In this document: positions 1 to 15,252 of the stretch, one piece after another
How the letters are laid out: the number at the start of each line of letters is the position of its first letter
How positions within the stretch are numbered: the first letter of the stretch is position 1
Assembly: GCA_964057225.1 (NCBI GenBank)
Contig: OZ059895.1
Span: 18,662,001-18,726,000 of the forward strand
Reading direction: 5' to 3'
Source of the DNA: Auanema rhodensis
Taxonomy: Eukaryota > Animalia > Nematoda
Length of the DNA stretch: 64,000 nucleotides
The notes under the pieces: model-generated
Told to the model about the DNA's origin: nothing
The model's database searches: none
Seen by the model: the letters and a program-made list of their open reading frames with translations, nothing else
Program-made: the position numbers and the translations under genes

Positions 1-1159
1 CTTTAACAGCCCTAACTATGTTCACATTTCATTTCTTCAGATTAATGTGGCCGTTCAACCCATCTACTTAGCTAGAATTTTCAGCCCATCCAAGTTGCCT
101 GTTATTGCTAGGTTTTTTATTATTATTGTATGTCTAACTAATTTTGTTTTTCCTATTTAGTGATATATCTAGCGATGGAACTCTGATTGCCATTTCAACT
201 ATTGAATCCACAACATTCTACGCCATCAATCTGAAAAAGAAATCTAAACCAATCACAAAATTATCTGTTCAAAGCCGTCCTGCTAATGCCATTAAGGTAT
301 CTTTTTTCAATTAAAAAAACCTAAAAGGGCATTCTTGCTTCAGGCTTATAAGGATTACGTTTACTTAGTTTATGGAGATTTTGAAATTAGCCGTGTACCT
401 TTAGACGGTACTGATTCTTCTGTTGTTTTAGATCAAGGTATGTTTCTCTTTGTCAGCTGCTTACTATATTTTCACAAATTAAATTTTTAGCTGGAAGTGG
501 TATAGTTTCTCAGATGGGTGCTTCGCCATGTGGCAAATATATAGCTGTTATCACTTCTAGATCTCAATTGTTTGTTATTGATGCTGTTAAAGGTTCGGTT
601 TCACAGGCGTCTATTGTTTTTAATTCTTATTTTTAGGAGAATCGCGTGCTCTTCGGGTTGAATTACCCATAGATTTCTGTTTCAACGATGAAGATTCCCT
701 GTTCGTTCTCACTGCAGCTCCAGGATTTGATCTTCCCGAAGAGAAGAAAAAAATTCTATATGAGGTAAATGGGAATTCTCAATGCTCTTCTCTATATCTA
801 AATTTTTTTAGTTCCCAAAAGCTGGCGGTGCTGCCCGACGTTCAATCTCCTCAGCCAGTTTGTTCGGAACGGTTGGGGTCCGTCCATTATCCATCTCAGC
901 AGTCCCAGGAGATCGTGTTCTAGTTAGTGCTGTTGATGGTCAATGGGCCATTATTGACAAGGTTCTAGATAATTTGGAAATGCTTTTTCATATTCTTTTA
1001 ACTTTTCAGACGCGTAGTCAAGTTCATTTATCGTCAAGTACAAGCGAGGATTTAACATCTATTCAATATCGGCCCTCATCTAGAGTCTGTTGTTGCAGAA
1101 TAGAAGTTCCATGTCCAGACACAAAACCATTTAAATTGAAAAAATTCGGACAGCAGTAA
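1..1159 (+). CDS. 3' part of a multi-exon WD40 protein, likely U3 snoRNP/SSU processome component UTP4 (Cirhin); 5' end lies outside the window
   Basis: Short exons with GT..TTTAG/TTTCAG introns encode WD40-like strands (DISSDGTLIAIST, SQMGASPCGKYIAVI). The C-terminus ...KPFKLKKFGQQ* resembles the PPxKKKKFG tail I recall for UTP4/Cirhin. Stop at 1157-1159. Confidence 0.65.
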
Positions 1160-3536
1160 AAGGACTTCTTATCTGCATATGCCAACTGTTGTTCTTTATC
1201 AATATTAGAATTGTCCTATATAACATTTCACTGGAATTTTTGCAAGTTTTTGAAGATACTTTTATGAATTTGTTGCGAAAATTGGGTTTCCTAGAAACTT
1301 TTGTTATTTTTCATTAATTGTTCTTTCTGTTATTGTTCCTTATAGTTAACGGATTTCTATGTTTGATTGTTATTGAAATCCCGTGATGCCTGTTACAAGT
1401 TAATGCTCAGTAAAAACATTCAAAGAGCTCTCAAATTTCTTTAACACATATCCAATCTTCTGTTTTTCGCCAATTTTGCTTTTCTTTTTCACTCTTCTAA
1501 TGCCTTAATGCCATGTAGGGGCAGTATTAATGATGCGTTTGTATGGAGTCGCCACATGATCTGACAAGTCCAAACATCTCGCACGCATCTGATTCTTAGG
1601 TCATCACCATAAACAGATCATTATGTTTTAATCTCGTTCTGATGGAAGTTACATGGATTATTGAGAAGGGAAGTTTCCACCAAATGTTATCGAGCGACAC
1701 CAGAATAGAGAGAGTGGGTGAATGAGAGTATAGAATTAGCCATCGATTTCGAGGACCCTGAAAGGACTGAACAAGAAGATGGCGGGACTAGAAAGAAGCT
1801 GAAGCAGAGGCAAAAGCAGATGAATTAGGAGCACACATACACATGCATGGACCTTTCGCCGATAGCAAAGCCAGGCAGTCAGTAGGTTGTTCACCCTTTC
1901 GAGCCTGGCTGCATTTTCTTCTTTCTCTCCGTTTTACTCTACTACGTTTTGATCTTTTCTGTTTCTTTTTCTTCTTTTCTACCTCATACTCTGTCTCAGC
2001 TGCTTCTGCTAACTCTGACTTCAACTCTGCTTAACAACTCTTAGGTTAAACTATTGACTTCTGTCTCTATCGCACCAATTTTTGAATATTCGTCTCCTGT
2101 ATAAGTATATTATATTATTTATTTCCATATCAACCATTAATAATTCATGTTTATCTTAGTTTACAATTTATTCTCTAATTCAGAAAACTTACCCTTTTCA
2201 TAAATCAAAAATATTCGTTCAACCTCCTTCACAAACATGTTTTTCAATTTTTTTACGATACTACCTCTATTTATCCAATTTGTATATTAGAAATTGTCAA
2301 CTATAGCCTGGATAAGAAGAACATTTAAAACTTTTGCTGTTTTAAAATAAAAAATTAAATTGAATGAGCGTAGAGTTTTAAATAAATTGAGAATTTTTTT
2401 GCTTCCGCCGCTCCTAAATATGGTAATTATATTGACGGCAATTCATATAGAAAAATGGGAAGAAGACGAAGTCAACGAGGGAGGGTGAAGAGAGAGAAGT
2501 TGGCCTTTTGAAAACTAAGAAGATGCTTCAGTAAGCTTCATTTAAATTGAATTCCAGTATTGCTTCAATAGCATTCTCTTAGATGATTTAATTTAAATGA
2601 TTGCCAAAAAATCATACAAAACTTATGTTGTATAGTTAATATAACTAATGTACATCACATCAGCTCAACAGGTTGTTTCTTGAAAAAAAAAGAAAAGAAA
2701 GAAAGATAAGACATCAAGGGAAAACCAGAAAAGGAAACTAAAACAAATGGAAAGAATAGGCCGACGACAACGGTTTATTGTTTACGCTCAAGCTATTTCA
2801 GTTTGTTGCCGTAGGCTACTCTTCCACCTCAGTTCGTATTTGTATGCTAATATTTTAGAAAAAAAACGAGACTATATGTATTTGACATTTTGTTATCTTT
2901 AATATATTAAATATACAACAATTTATGATATACTGTTTTGCTAATTTCTCATTTACATGTTTTTTTTCTTTGATCTCAGATACCACCATCTACTATAACA
3001 ATGAACTACATAGTTACATTATAATAGTATTTCTTTTCTTCTTTAAATGTTTTTATTACCTTTCTGACATAGTCTATAGAAATTAGCATAAATGTATTTA
3101 ATGATCTTTACTAAATTAATGACGTACGTCAAGTATTCTATTTCATTTTTAAATCATTTCTGACATCGAACGGTTGGTTTACATGTATTTTACACATTTA
3201 CTTAATATTTTTAAAATATATTTATATTTAGAACTTAATTTTTAAAACTATTTATATAATGGCGAGTAATTGAAATTATTAAGTTAAAACTATATGTTAT
3301 AGATAAGATATACATGAGTATTTTAAGAACTTATAAAATTATAATGTAAGCTCTTTGCTGTAATATTATTCATTTGGCTTATTGAAGCTTATTCATTTAT
3401 GGTCTTAAAGCAAGGGGGTTAGAAGAGTTACTTACACACAACTATATTTCCACAGGGAATGAACTGATTTGTGAAGAATAAAAAATCACTCTTTAAATCT
3501 GCTTTAGCGAATTTTTGATAAAAAAAACATTCACGG

Positions 3537-3554
3537 AGAGAGAAAAAGAAAGAG

Positions 3555-3600
<46 letters not shown>

Positions 3601-3610
3601 AAGAGAGCGA
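3537..3610. repeat. (GA)n microsatellite
   Basis: GA run seen directly. Confidence 0.95.
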
Positions 3611-4982
3611 GTAGGAGGGATAAAGGGAAAAAAGGAATATGCTTGAGTATGAGGAAGGAGAGAGCAGGGACAAGCAGATAGCGAAAAAGGAAGACGAACA
3701 CGACAATATGTTAAAGAATTCAATATACATAGTTTTGACTTCTGTGTCTTTGCTCTCTTCTATCTTTTAAACCTCACATCCTAAATTGATGGTCCTTCGT
3801 TCTTCCGGCACCTGATTTACTCGAAAAGTCCCACGTTGACTTAGAATGTAATCTCATTTCTAGTCTCTTCCATCCTTTCATTGCTTCGTTCTGGACATTG
3901 TAAGCTGCATCTCTTTTTCTTCTCTCCCCCTCTCTCTTTCAAGAATTCTCGCTTTTTCTCTTTATATCTCGTTCACTTCATCATTTTCTCAACGTCTGCC
4001 GTAGCAATTCAGTCCATATTTCTTGTCTACTTATAATCACATAGTTTTTCAAAAAGTTTACTTTTCTATATCATATTGTAATTCTTTGATTAATTTATCA
4101 TTCAACATAAATTATCAGTTTTGTGATCTTTTGATCGAAGTAAACGTTATTTATATAATTTTAATCTATGCCCCAATGTCCCTTAGTTTCTATATATGTA
4201 TCTCGTTTACGTGTTTGTATTACTTTATGAAATTATAGAAGCTTGAGAACGTGTAAAGCTTATGTATATTTTCAAGTTATTTTCTTCGTTGTCGTTACCA
4301 TCATCGAAATGTTTCTTCTTGTTCACGGCATGACACAACGAGAACGCACTTGTATGCTATTACTTGTCAATGTGTCCTCTGAGCTGCTGCACCAGCTAAT
4401 CACCATCCAACTTCACTTATTATAGACTTATTGCTATAGCATATTGAGAGAGAAAAGCGAGAGAGTTAGAATGAAATTGAAAGAGATAGATGAGGGGAAG
4501 AGAAAGAGAGTATGAAATGGTCGGGTTCCAGTTGAAATATTCCTTCTTCCATCCTAACACTTCTTCAGCATTTTCTTCATCATCATCATCTTCCATTTTT
4601 TGCTAAGCAGAATGCTAGTACGGGACTAGCTTTCCTGAGTCTCTCCTTCTCTTTTCTGGATCGTTCCTTCATTCTCTCTTTTTCTCTACGTCTTCCTGTC
4701 TATACGAGCAAGCACCAGCTTTTCCTAATCATCCTATCCTCCATCTTGCTTCTGCATCGCCTCTTCATCCTATGTACCCATCCCTTTTCCTGATTTTTTC
4801 ATTCAAAAATCTCAATATTTCATTTTTTTAATTGTTTACTAGATTTCTGAATGTATCCCGCTTTAATTTATATATTTTTTCTTTTCTATATCGACTTTCT
4901 TGATGACTAATGTTTTTTTTACGTTAAACTTTCCGTATAATACTTCCGAAATTAACAGATGACTTTCATGGAGTAATGTCTG

Positions 4983-6305
4983 ATGTATTCCAAGTATCTT
5001 CCGTATCTGATTTGGACTACGGTCTATCTCATCGGCACCTTTGCCCATCAGACGTCTCCAGAATGTATCCGTCACATTCAGTCTTATGTGCCAACTTCAG
5101 GTAAGCTCATAGCCATTCTCGGCCATACGCTGCAGATTCTAAAGAATCTTCCAATCTATGTGATTCTTTTAAGCATTATGAAGCAACCCATATAGATGTG
5201 TTGAATTGAAATCAAGTATGAAAACAATCAATGTTTCAGGTATAATTGAATCTCCTGGGTTTCCTCATCCATATCGATCTGGTATTAATTGTATTTATAA
5301 TATAAGCTCATCACCTTCATCTGTTGTTCATCTTACATTTCTAACTTTTGATTTGGCTACTGTTCATGAGAAGAGTCATCAATGTTTAGATGCTTATGTA
5401 CTTATAATCATTGTAGATCGAAAAGGTAAGATTTTGCATTTGTTTCTTTAAAAATTCAACTTTATTCCATTTTTGTTCAAGTTTTGTCTTCTTCTCTCTT
5501 GAATCTCAAACGTTTCCTTCAATTTGTTACGAAACTTTAACAACATTTTCTGATAAGATGTAACTGATTGAGTTAGAATAGCAATGGAGAAGCCTTGTAT
5601 GAGAAATAGTATCATTGGGGCATATTTTTTATTTTTTATTGTTTTAATATTTCAATATTATTATGATTGAAATGCTCATTTAATATGAAAAACTGCATAA
5701 TTCTTCCAAATTAATGATGGATGATGAGCTTAGACGAAACAAAAATCTCATTTCTCATCTTTCTTCCTCCACACCCCCTTCTTTCTCTATTTTCTCGATG
5801 TTTATCTGAGTTATTTACTTGAAATTTCTCAATTTTACTTTAAAATAGTATTGCAAATGTTGCAAAAACTACTGAAGCTAATCTAAAGAAGCAACTTAAG
5901 CGTATCATGCTTCAGGTAGAGAACATGTGGGCGAGCGTATATGTGGACAGGATCTTCCAAGAAAATTAGAAACTATGCAACCAACATTACGAATTCAATT
6001 TGTGACGAATACAGATGGTGGTCGACATATTGGATTCCGTATTCAGTATGAAATCTTATCTGAATGTAAGTTTATATAAATTATTTGAAAAGAAAAATAT
6101 AACTATTTACTATATTTGTGCATCTTTATGTTTATTTTTCATGTTTATTCTACTTTTTTTTAAACATTTTAACTTAAATTAGCATTAGTTCACCATGCTT
6201 TTCCATTGTTCATTTCTCTTTTTCATTCCGAGTCTCCTTTCTCACTCAGGTGAGAAAGAGTACCCTGGAAGAAGAGTGGAGAGAGAGAAAGAGAGAAAGA
6301 GAGAA

Positions 6306-6359
<54 letters not shown>

Positions 6360-9300
6360 AGAGAGATAGATAGAGATAGAGAGAGAGAGAGAGACAAAAA
6401 AAGAGAGAGAGAGAGAATGAAAAAGATAGACAACAAAGAGTTGTGACATTGCTAATATTGCAAATGTTTTTTTCACCTGCAAATATGTTTAAGGAAATAA
6501 TCTTTGAAAAGAAAATATTTCTCGACAATTTTTCTTTTCTTTTACAAATTTTTTTCCAATTTTATGATTTACTTTCAAGCAGAAAACTCATGAAAATATT
6601 TATTCTTTTACTTAAAAAAAAGGTTGTATGTTTCCATAATTTGATAAATTAATTTCAAAACATCGAAAATTTACTTCTTTTGCTCAAGTTGTTTCTCTGA
6701 TTTCCTTTTGTTGAAGCAGACGTATTTCATATTTAATTTTCGTTTTTTTTTTGGATTTCGATGTATTTAAAATCGAGTAAATTGCTTGGAATGTACTTCC
6801 TATTAGATATCTAACTAGCCTACCTTCTGCCCAATTAAGACTAAATGCTATTTTTAAGTTTTTTTGTTATCAGAAAAACATTTATTTTGAATCATTTTGT
6901 TTTGGTTCATCTATTCAACATGTTTTGATGATATTGAGAACGTAACAACCGATAATTTTTCCTTCAATTCAGCTGCCATCCCGGAACCAAAATCATTTGT
7001 GGATGAGGAAGATAGCCAGTTAACTCCAGCATGTGGAGGCCGTACTCAGCTGGCGCAGCTGACAGGCAAGTACTTATTCATCAATCTACTTATATACTAT
7101 ATAATATAATAAATATAATGTATATACATATAAAGTATATAGTATATCTATATGATTAATATTCACATGAGTTAGTTGATGAATGTACATGAATATGTGA
7201 GATATTGATGCTTTTGTTCATCTATTTTTGCATTTTCTTAGCTATTTTTCACATGTTTCAGGAGAAATCATATCACCTGGTTTTCCGTTAACCTTCCCAC
7301 GTAATTGTACTTGTCACTGGTTAATTCGTGTTGAGCCACAACAAAGAATCTATATTCGGATAGCTTTATTACATTTATCGTCAAAATTAAGTAGGATTCT
7401 GATGAAGTATTACTTTACGTGCTTCTTTTCAGCTGAGTGTGATCGTGCTTCTTTAACTATCATGGACGGCTATAAGCATCAGCTAAACAATGAGCGTAAA
7501 GTAAGTTAAACGATCTTTATGACAAATCATCTTATATATTATAATATTCGTCTTGATAATATTTTTATAAAATTCTATTATAACCTATATTTTATTGTTT
7601 TACAGCTATCGCAAGAGCTTACACCTGACTCATCTGAAGCCAGATTCTGTGGCAGCCAGAATTTCTATGCGGAAGATGGAATGAAAAGCTATTTATCGTC
7701 GGGAAATCGGTTGATTGTCAGGTATGCACAAACGACATTCTCTTAATAAGAAGTTTGAAGATATTCAAATGGGAGGACATCCAAGAAATGCAGAAAGATA
7801 GAGAGAAAGGGATGGGAGTCGAGGGAGTGGAGTGAGAGAATGTGGAAAAGACCAAGGCAAAGTAAGATGCTTCTGTTTCACATCGTATGCATGTCTTGAC
7901 GCGGACAACGTAAAACCGATGTTAGATGAAGTCTGAAAGTGGGGTGATTCCTTCAGCTCCAATTCCATTTGAAAATTCGATGGAATGTGCTGAATGAGTA
8001 GGTTTCTCGTCTTCTGTTCTCTCTTGCACATCTAACAGCTTTCTTTTCTGCTTGCTAAGATCTTTCTTCAATGACTTTATTTTACTAAAAAATGCTGATT
8101 CTCGTCCAAAATTGCTGAAAACTCCTCAATGCTGTAATGATATCGAACAGCATTAAGCTGTTGCTAACGACTAGCTCATAGAATGAGTAGCCATTTAAGC
8201 CTAAGATGAAAAAGAAGCAGATGAAGTCAATGTCATCGTTGGAACTTCTATTACCACAATTCTGAATTGGCTTTGCTTCGTTCGCCTTCGGCAATGCCGA
8301 CCCTCATGCCTACTTTAATCAAATTTTGTCGTTCGTCTTTCTTCTCTTCTTTTCCATTTCGGAATTTTAGTTGGACTAGTCACTCTCTATTACTCCTTAC
8401 GCTCTCCCTCTTAACTTTCTTATCGTTCCTCTCATATTTTTTCTTCTCTCTCTCTATCTCTTTCTCTCTTTCTCTATCTCTCTTTCTCTCTTCACTTCCT
8501 TCAATTCATTCACTTACGCTATTTCCCCTTAGTTCATTTCTATATTTTTCATGTTTCACGTAGTTTTCACGTGAAGCCGTGAAATAGTCATCAAAGGAAA
8601 TTTTATTTTGTTATGTCTTGACGTAAGAATCGGTTGAATTTTTCTTTGTTGAATAAGAAAATATCCCTTGTACATACGTAAAAATAATTGTATTTTATCT
8701 ATTTCATATTTCTTTCATTTTCCCTTCTAGTAATCTTGTCGATTTCCCTCTTAGTTCGACAATAAAAGGATAAATAAATTCCCGATTTTCTAGCTAAAAA
8801 ATTGAATTGAAGCCGATAAAATAAGTAAAAAAAACAATTAGTTTTAGTATTAAACTTTATTTTTTTGAATAATTTGATTTTTTGAAATTGAAAATGAATT
8901 ATGAAACTTTTTTTCAGATTCGCAACAACTGATCGACCATCAGCATTATTGCAAGGTGAACGAGTAGGGTTTAAGGTGGGAATATATGCATAATTCTTAA
9001 CTTATATGATATAATCATATATGGAATATTTAAAAAATGCAAATTATTGTAAATGACTCACAGTTTTAGATTGTTTGGACGGCAGTTGAGGGCTTAGTGG
9101 GAGAAGTTACAACACCGATTGCAGGACAGGCTGCTACAGTCAGCCCGTCCGTCTCTTCGGAACAACTTGCAAATATAACATCAGTAGAAGAGGAATGTGA
9201 TCAATTTGTATGCAAAGGAGGGCAAATATGTATCGAAGAGGTATACAACATTCTTAGCAAAATCGGATTCTCAACTGTAAATTTCAAAATGTTTTCAGGG

Positions 9301-9894
9301 TCAGGGAGCTTGTACGTCCAGATCACAACTGTGTATACATTCATCATTAGTTTGTAATGGAATACCTAACTGTGTGGAAGGTGATTATAGCGATGAGCAA
9401 CACTGTGAGTATGTTTGATCTTTTAATTTCGCTTTCATATCCACTATTTCATTCCAAAAAGTGGTTCGGACCCTTTATGTTTTTGTAATTTTTCAGGTTA
9501 TTCGCGTGAAATTGTCATTGTTACCAGCACCGGTCTCGTGGCAATTCTGATGATCATATGCCTTTGCATCTGTTGTGATCAACTACACAAACGACGTCGT
9601 CTGCGTGAGCTAATACGTCAACGACGTCAGCAGAATGGCTCGTCAGGCAATCACGCGACAAACGGTCCACGACTACAGTCCATCTCGTCCAGCTCATCAG
9701 CAGATCGTCGTTCAGCTCCTGTTGCTGCATCACACAATGGAGTCAATCAGCTGCATCCGTTGTATAATTCACAGATGAACAACAGCGTGACGTCTGCAAC
9801 ATCGGGAGGTCGTTCATCGGTCAGTTCAGGTCGCAAATCGAAATTATCAACAGCCAGTCGTCGTTCACAATCATCAGCATCAAAGGGTCGGTGA
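4983..9894 (+). CDS. Type I membrane protein: signal peptide, 2 CUB domains, LDLa-like module, TM helix, Ser-rich tail (NETO/SOL-2-like architecture); ~11 exons
   Basis: Spliced translation gives GIIESPGFPHPYRSGINCIYNI (CUB1), CGG..GEIISPGFPLTFPRNCTCHWLI (CUB2), LCIHSSLVCNGIPNCVEGDYSDEQHC (LDLa), hydrophobic IVIVTSTGLVAILMIICLCICC followed by KRRR. Exon phases are consistent. Confidence 0.85.
6277..6420. repeat. (GA)n/GAAA/GATA compound microsatellite (intronic)
   Basis: Seen directly. Confidence 0.95.
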
Positions 9895-11816
9895 CAATTC
9901 GAGAGTCAGCTATAGATCGAAGTTTTAAAGTCATGTCAAATTTGCATCATATACAAGAGAAAACAATATAAGTTATTGACTTTTTGATTGTATAATCTGC
10001 TCAACTGAGTCAGTGAGTTGGAATATAGTCAACGGAAAATAACAATAACACATTATTGGATTAATAATCTTTCTTCTTATAGAAGATAATAGTACTTATC
10101 TTGCTATACATCTCAAAAGTTAGTTGTTTTTTGTTCTCATAGAAGACATACGAGCTGAAAATTTGTTAAAAAATTTGATCAGGTTTATCGCTGACTCTCC
10201 AGTCCTTGTACAGCATGGCGAAATTCAATCATGAAAAGCTTGAATTTCGCCATTTTTAGTGCCTTTTCCTTCTCATATACAATAATATTACATTCCATTT
10301 TAATTGTTTTTTTCTTTCTCATATATTCCAAAGACTATTCTTTGAAATCCGACATCAACAACCATTTCTAATCATCTTTCTATCTCTTTTCCACCTATAA
10401 ACTTTGATTTTATAAAGTTTTTTTTGATATTAGTTGTTTCAATCATTCATAACAACTAAACAATTAAGGCTATAAAACTCTCTGTTTTTGACATCTCCCT
10501 CTCTCTCTATCTCTCTCTCTCTCTCTCTATGTTTCATTTCATTGCAACTTGTTATAACGTTTCAGTGTAGGCTTTACTTAGGAAATATATTTTTTCTATT
10601 GAAATATTGCCGTTTTGAAGTATCTCTTACACTGAAAACTTTGAATATTCATATCCAATTTTAAATTTTTGTATTTGTATGCTGAATATGTGTCTCATTT
10701 CATAATTATTGTTGTATATATCTTTACAGTTATAGACTTTGAGTTAAAATTCTTCAATATTCTTCTTCATTTTCTACTCTTCTGGATCATTTATTTCCTC
10801 TTTATGTTATTCTCTCTTTCCCTCACACACCTCTCTCTCTCTTCTCCTCTCTCTCTCTCTCTTTCTTTTTATCTATCTTGCTATCGTTTCCATATATGAT
10901 TCATATTGTCTCATTAATTTGCTCAAAAATGATGAAAATTTGAAGAATTTCGAGTTAGATCATAACATTAGAATTCATATGCACTGTTTCAATAAATTTT
11001 TTAACTATCAAATATGTACATATATGTATATTGAATGTTAAACATGCTGGTAAAGCTTATACAAAACAACAACAAAAAAAAAGAAGAAGAAAAAAGAAAA
11101 ATACTTGTAATTAGCAGCATGGAATGTTAAGAAACATGAAAACAATTGAATTGTTTACTTTGTTCTGGAAAAAAAAGAAGAAACGAGTAAAAATTTGAGA
11201 CAAGTTGAGGTTTTTCAGGGTCTGATGTAACAAATAGACAAGGACATGTGAAAATCGGATTTATATTATTCAAAATTTTAGAAAAAAAAAGAAAAATTTT
11301 TAGAACAAGAGAGAGAGGGAGAGAGAGAGAGTTTGAGAGAGAGAGGGGATAGAATAAGAATGAGAGAGAAAGTGAGAATAAACGAGAATCATGAATCAAA
11401 GAGGAAAAGAGATAGAAAGAAGGATAAAGTAGTATTGAAATGAAAGTTAATCTCAACGAGAAACAGAAAAAGAGAAAAAGATAGAGAGAGAGGGCTAGAG
11501 AGAAAAGATCGTCACTCCTTTTACTGTAATTCCGAAAAATAAAAATTCATTTGAAAAACCTCTAACCCATTGATCAGTCACGCTCTCCATTCCGTTTTGC
11601 GTAGAACAAAGTTTTTACATTCTAACAGCTTAGGCTGCCATCTTGATGTTCTGACTGTAGTTGTAATGATTTATAATTTATTTCTATTTCTTAAATTTCT
11701 ATTTTAAAACTTAGTTCAAGCTCATTTTAAACATATTATACACCTGAATTAGGCTTTTTGTAGAGTTTTAACGACAACACTGTGACAGATCTTGAGTTAC
11801 ATTCAAAACTTTACTG

Positions 11817-13495
11817 ATGTCGGAAACAGGTGACGGGAAAAGAGAAGAGTGGCAGAAGACGCCATCGCGGGTAAGGTGTAGCATCTGATCTTGGATGATA
11901 TCGTATATAGTTAGCACTAACTATATGTAATAATTTAGATTCCAATTGGATATATCTTACTATGTACATTATGTATGACAGCGTTATATTCAACTATTTT
12001 ATCATATCATATGACAGTTAATATGGTTCATTCATTTGGTAATGGATCCGAAAGTGATTGTAAGTGTTTTAACTATAAATTAAATTATAATTTTACATAT
12101 AATTTATATAATTTATATAAGTTTAAGTTTATAATGTATCGGATTATATTCGTCATCGTGATGGAGAACGAAATATAACACATCGAAGACATAAATTTCT
12201 TTCTAATCCCCAAAAGGTATGATTATAATAGTTATTATACAATATTTCATATATAGTTCATCTAAAACTATTTATATTTTATGTTTTTCATCTAAAATTA
12301 TGCTTTTGAAGGAATCAATGATTACGGTAGTCCCAATAGGTGGCATACTTTTCTATGTTCCAGCAGCATTTCTGTATAATCATTTGGGCTTCAGGTATTA
12401 AAATATTTTGAATAGTTTATTCAAAAATTTTTGATATTCAATATTCTTACTTGCTTGAAACTTTTCAAGTTTTATGAACAAGTTTATAGACGTACCATTA
12501 TTATTATGACAGCTTTTGCTATCATTCCGGATATCTTAATGCCAGCTTTCACTAAAGCTCAAACATTTGCTCTTGCTATTATGATTCGTGTTGTACAAGG
12601 TATTTTCTTCTAATTATGTTTTTCAGTTATGTTTAATATGATCTTAAACTTAGGTTTTGCTTTGGCGTCCTTCATACCGTATGTCTGCAAACTTTCCGTC
12701 TTTTTACCATTCCAACATATGGCTATACCATCTATTGCTTTCGCTTATATTCAAGTATTTCAATAGTAACTATACATATATATAGTTAATAGTCAATTGT
12801 TATAGTTGGCTGGTTTCTTTACATTCCCCTTATCGGCCATACTTTCATGGTCTGAACTTGGATGGCATTCAGTGCATTACGGATCAGCCATAATCACGGT
12901 CATTCTGGTATTTATCTGCTTTCTGACAAATTCTGGAGAAGAATTCAAAGAAAAATCAGCTCAAACAGGGTTTTTCAATGTAATAATATATAATTTTAAT
13001 TATATAATGTAATAGTTATAACTAGTTATATCATTTAGGCTTTATGCAAATACGAACGATCTCGGTCAAAGCCGATCTCTCTACGACTACCATATTTATC
13101 AATTTATCAGGTAGAAAACTAACATTATAATAAGCATAGATTATATATTATTGATTTTCAATTTTTAAAAATCTCGTGAACTGGTTGATAGAAACAAAAA
13201 AACTTTAATTATCAACAGAATAAGTTGCAAAGTTGCAAATATTTATTATAGGATATCCGTATATGGTCTTGTTTACTTGCTGGATTAGGCTACTTTACAA
13301 CAATCCAATTATATCTTCAGTGGGGTCCAACATTCTTAAATAAGGTAATCCACTAATTATTTTTTTTTATAAAAATGTTAGATATTTTATAAATGTGTTT
13401 GTTATGCTATATAACATTCTGGTTTAGAATAGAAAAAAAACGATTTTAGGGTATTTATACTGTCTGGTTTATCTTCAAAAATACAAAGAGAGAGA

Positions 13496-13584
<89 letters not shown>

Positions 13585-14707
13585 AGGGCGGTTAATGAAC
13601 AAATATAATTTTTATAAAACACTATAACGATCATAAATGATGATTAATGAAAGATTAACCATTTTATAGTTATAACATCATTATTATATTTTTGAAAATA
13701 AACTAAATGATCCGAAAAATTCTGATCAGTTTGCTCCATCGTTTCAATATTTGATTTCTTGAATTTTTGAAATATTTTTTTCGGTGGCCGATCTGAATAT
13801 CATCTCAACCGGAATAGTTTCAATGATTCCGCCATTTGTGAATCTGATAGTTGGATTCCTTGTCTACATAATCTTTCCTCGCCTAGCGTAAGTTTTGAAT
13901 GAAAATTATGAATTTCTTCGTTAGAAGGGAACAAGAAAGGACAAAAATCATAAAAGTTACATGAAATAAATTAAATTTTGACTATTTGCTATGTTGAAAG
14001 ATTGTAAATGTTTATATTATTTTTCAAAAAAAAAATAAAAGAAAGGACAGAAAATAAAAAAATAATAGAATAGTTCATTTTATCTACAGAAATCATACAA
14101 CAACAAAATTGAGAGTATTCAATAGCATGGGGACTGTTATACCAGGCGTTATCTTCATTGTTATTGGATGCTTAGATGCTCGAACTCAATATGGAACTGT
14201 TACAGTAAGAAAACTTTAACTATATTCATATATTTAATTCGATTAATAATAAATTTGTTTTAGACTTTATATGTTATTGGCTCATCATTACTTGGCTTTT
14301 GCTCATGTGGCTTCTTGCACATGCTACAACTACGATCTGTTCAATATCATTTGTTCATCTTGATCAACCTATTCAGCGTTAATCTAGCATCCATGTTCTT
14401 ATGTTCTTTACTCAACGTACTTATAGCTAAAAACAATGAATATAGTAAGTATTTTTCACAAATAATACTATTCAGCAAAAAAAAATTAATTTTTCGCCAG
14501 AAAATGAGGTGAACATCAAATCTCAATTGCTCCATTTCAGCTTCTTGGGCTGTTGTTTTCATTGTACAAGGACTGATTCTCATTGTAACCAATCTTATCT
14601 TCTGTCTATTTGCTTCTGGAGAAAAAGCTCATTGGGCTGCTGAAGGCTTTGAGGATACATCCATCCAACCCAGACGTGATGATCCACTACCACAACGACC
14701 TCTTTAA
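11817..14707 (+). CDS. Major facilitator superfamily transporter, SLC17/anion:cation symporter-like; multi-exon
   Basis: Exons encode successive TM segments with MFS-like motifs (LYNHLGFR, IRVVQGFA, FPLSAILSWSELGWHSVHYGS, SWAVVFIVQG, FASGEKAHWA). The start exon MSETGDGKRE is less certain. Confidence 0.8.
13487..13587. repeat. (GA)n/(GATA)n microsatellite (intronic)
   Basis: Seen directly. Confidence 0.95.
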
Positions 14708-15179
14708 GTGTACTGTATTATGGTGATACAGCCATGAATTCTAAACAAAAAAAAAACAAAATATAATTTATTATTTTCATAGTAATAATAGATTTTTTTA
14801 TTTTTTTTTGTATTTTTCATTAAATGTATAATAATATTATATTATTTATATACATATATTATGAATTAACTTTTTGTTCTTTCCCTTCAACCTTTCTTCT
14901 TCCTCCTTCTCCCTCTCTAGGTGTGCTCTTACTCTCTTTTACTCTCCCTTTCTCTTTCTCTCTCTCTCTCACTCTTTTATCTTTTTTAATTTTGCTTCAT
15001 AATGATGCTTCGTACTGTATTATCTCATTTTGACATTTGTCTTTAATTTTCGTTTTTGTCGAATTAAAAAACAAATTATTTGGCTATTGCCCTATTATTT
15101 CAGAATATCAATGAATTGATACTTATTTGTTTGATTATTATATGAACAAGAAAATTATCTTGTAATAGTACATAAGCTT

Positions 15180-15184
<5 letters not shown>

Positions 15185-15227
<43 letters not shown>

Positions 15228-15252
15228 AGAGAGGGAGAGAGAGAGAAAGAGA
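15185..15252. repeat. (GA)n microsatellite
   Basis: Seen directly. Confidence 0.95.
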
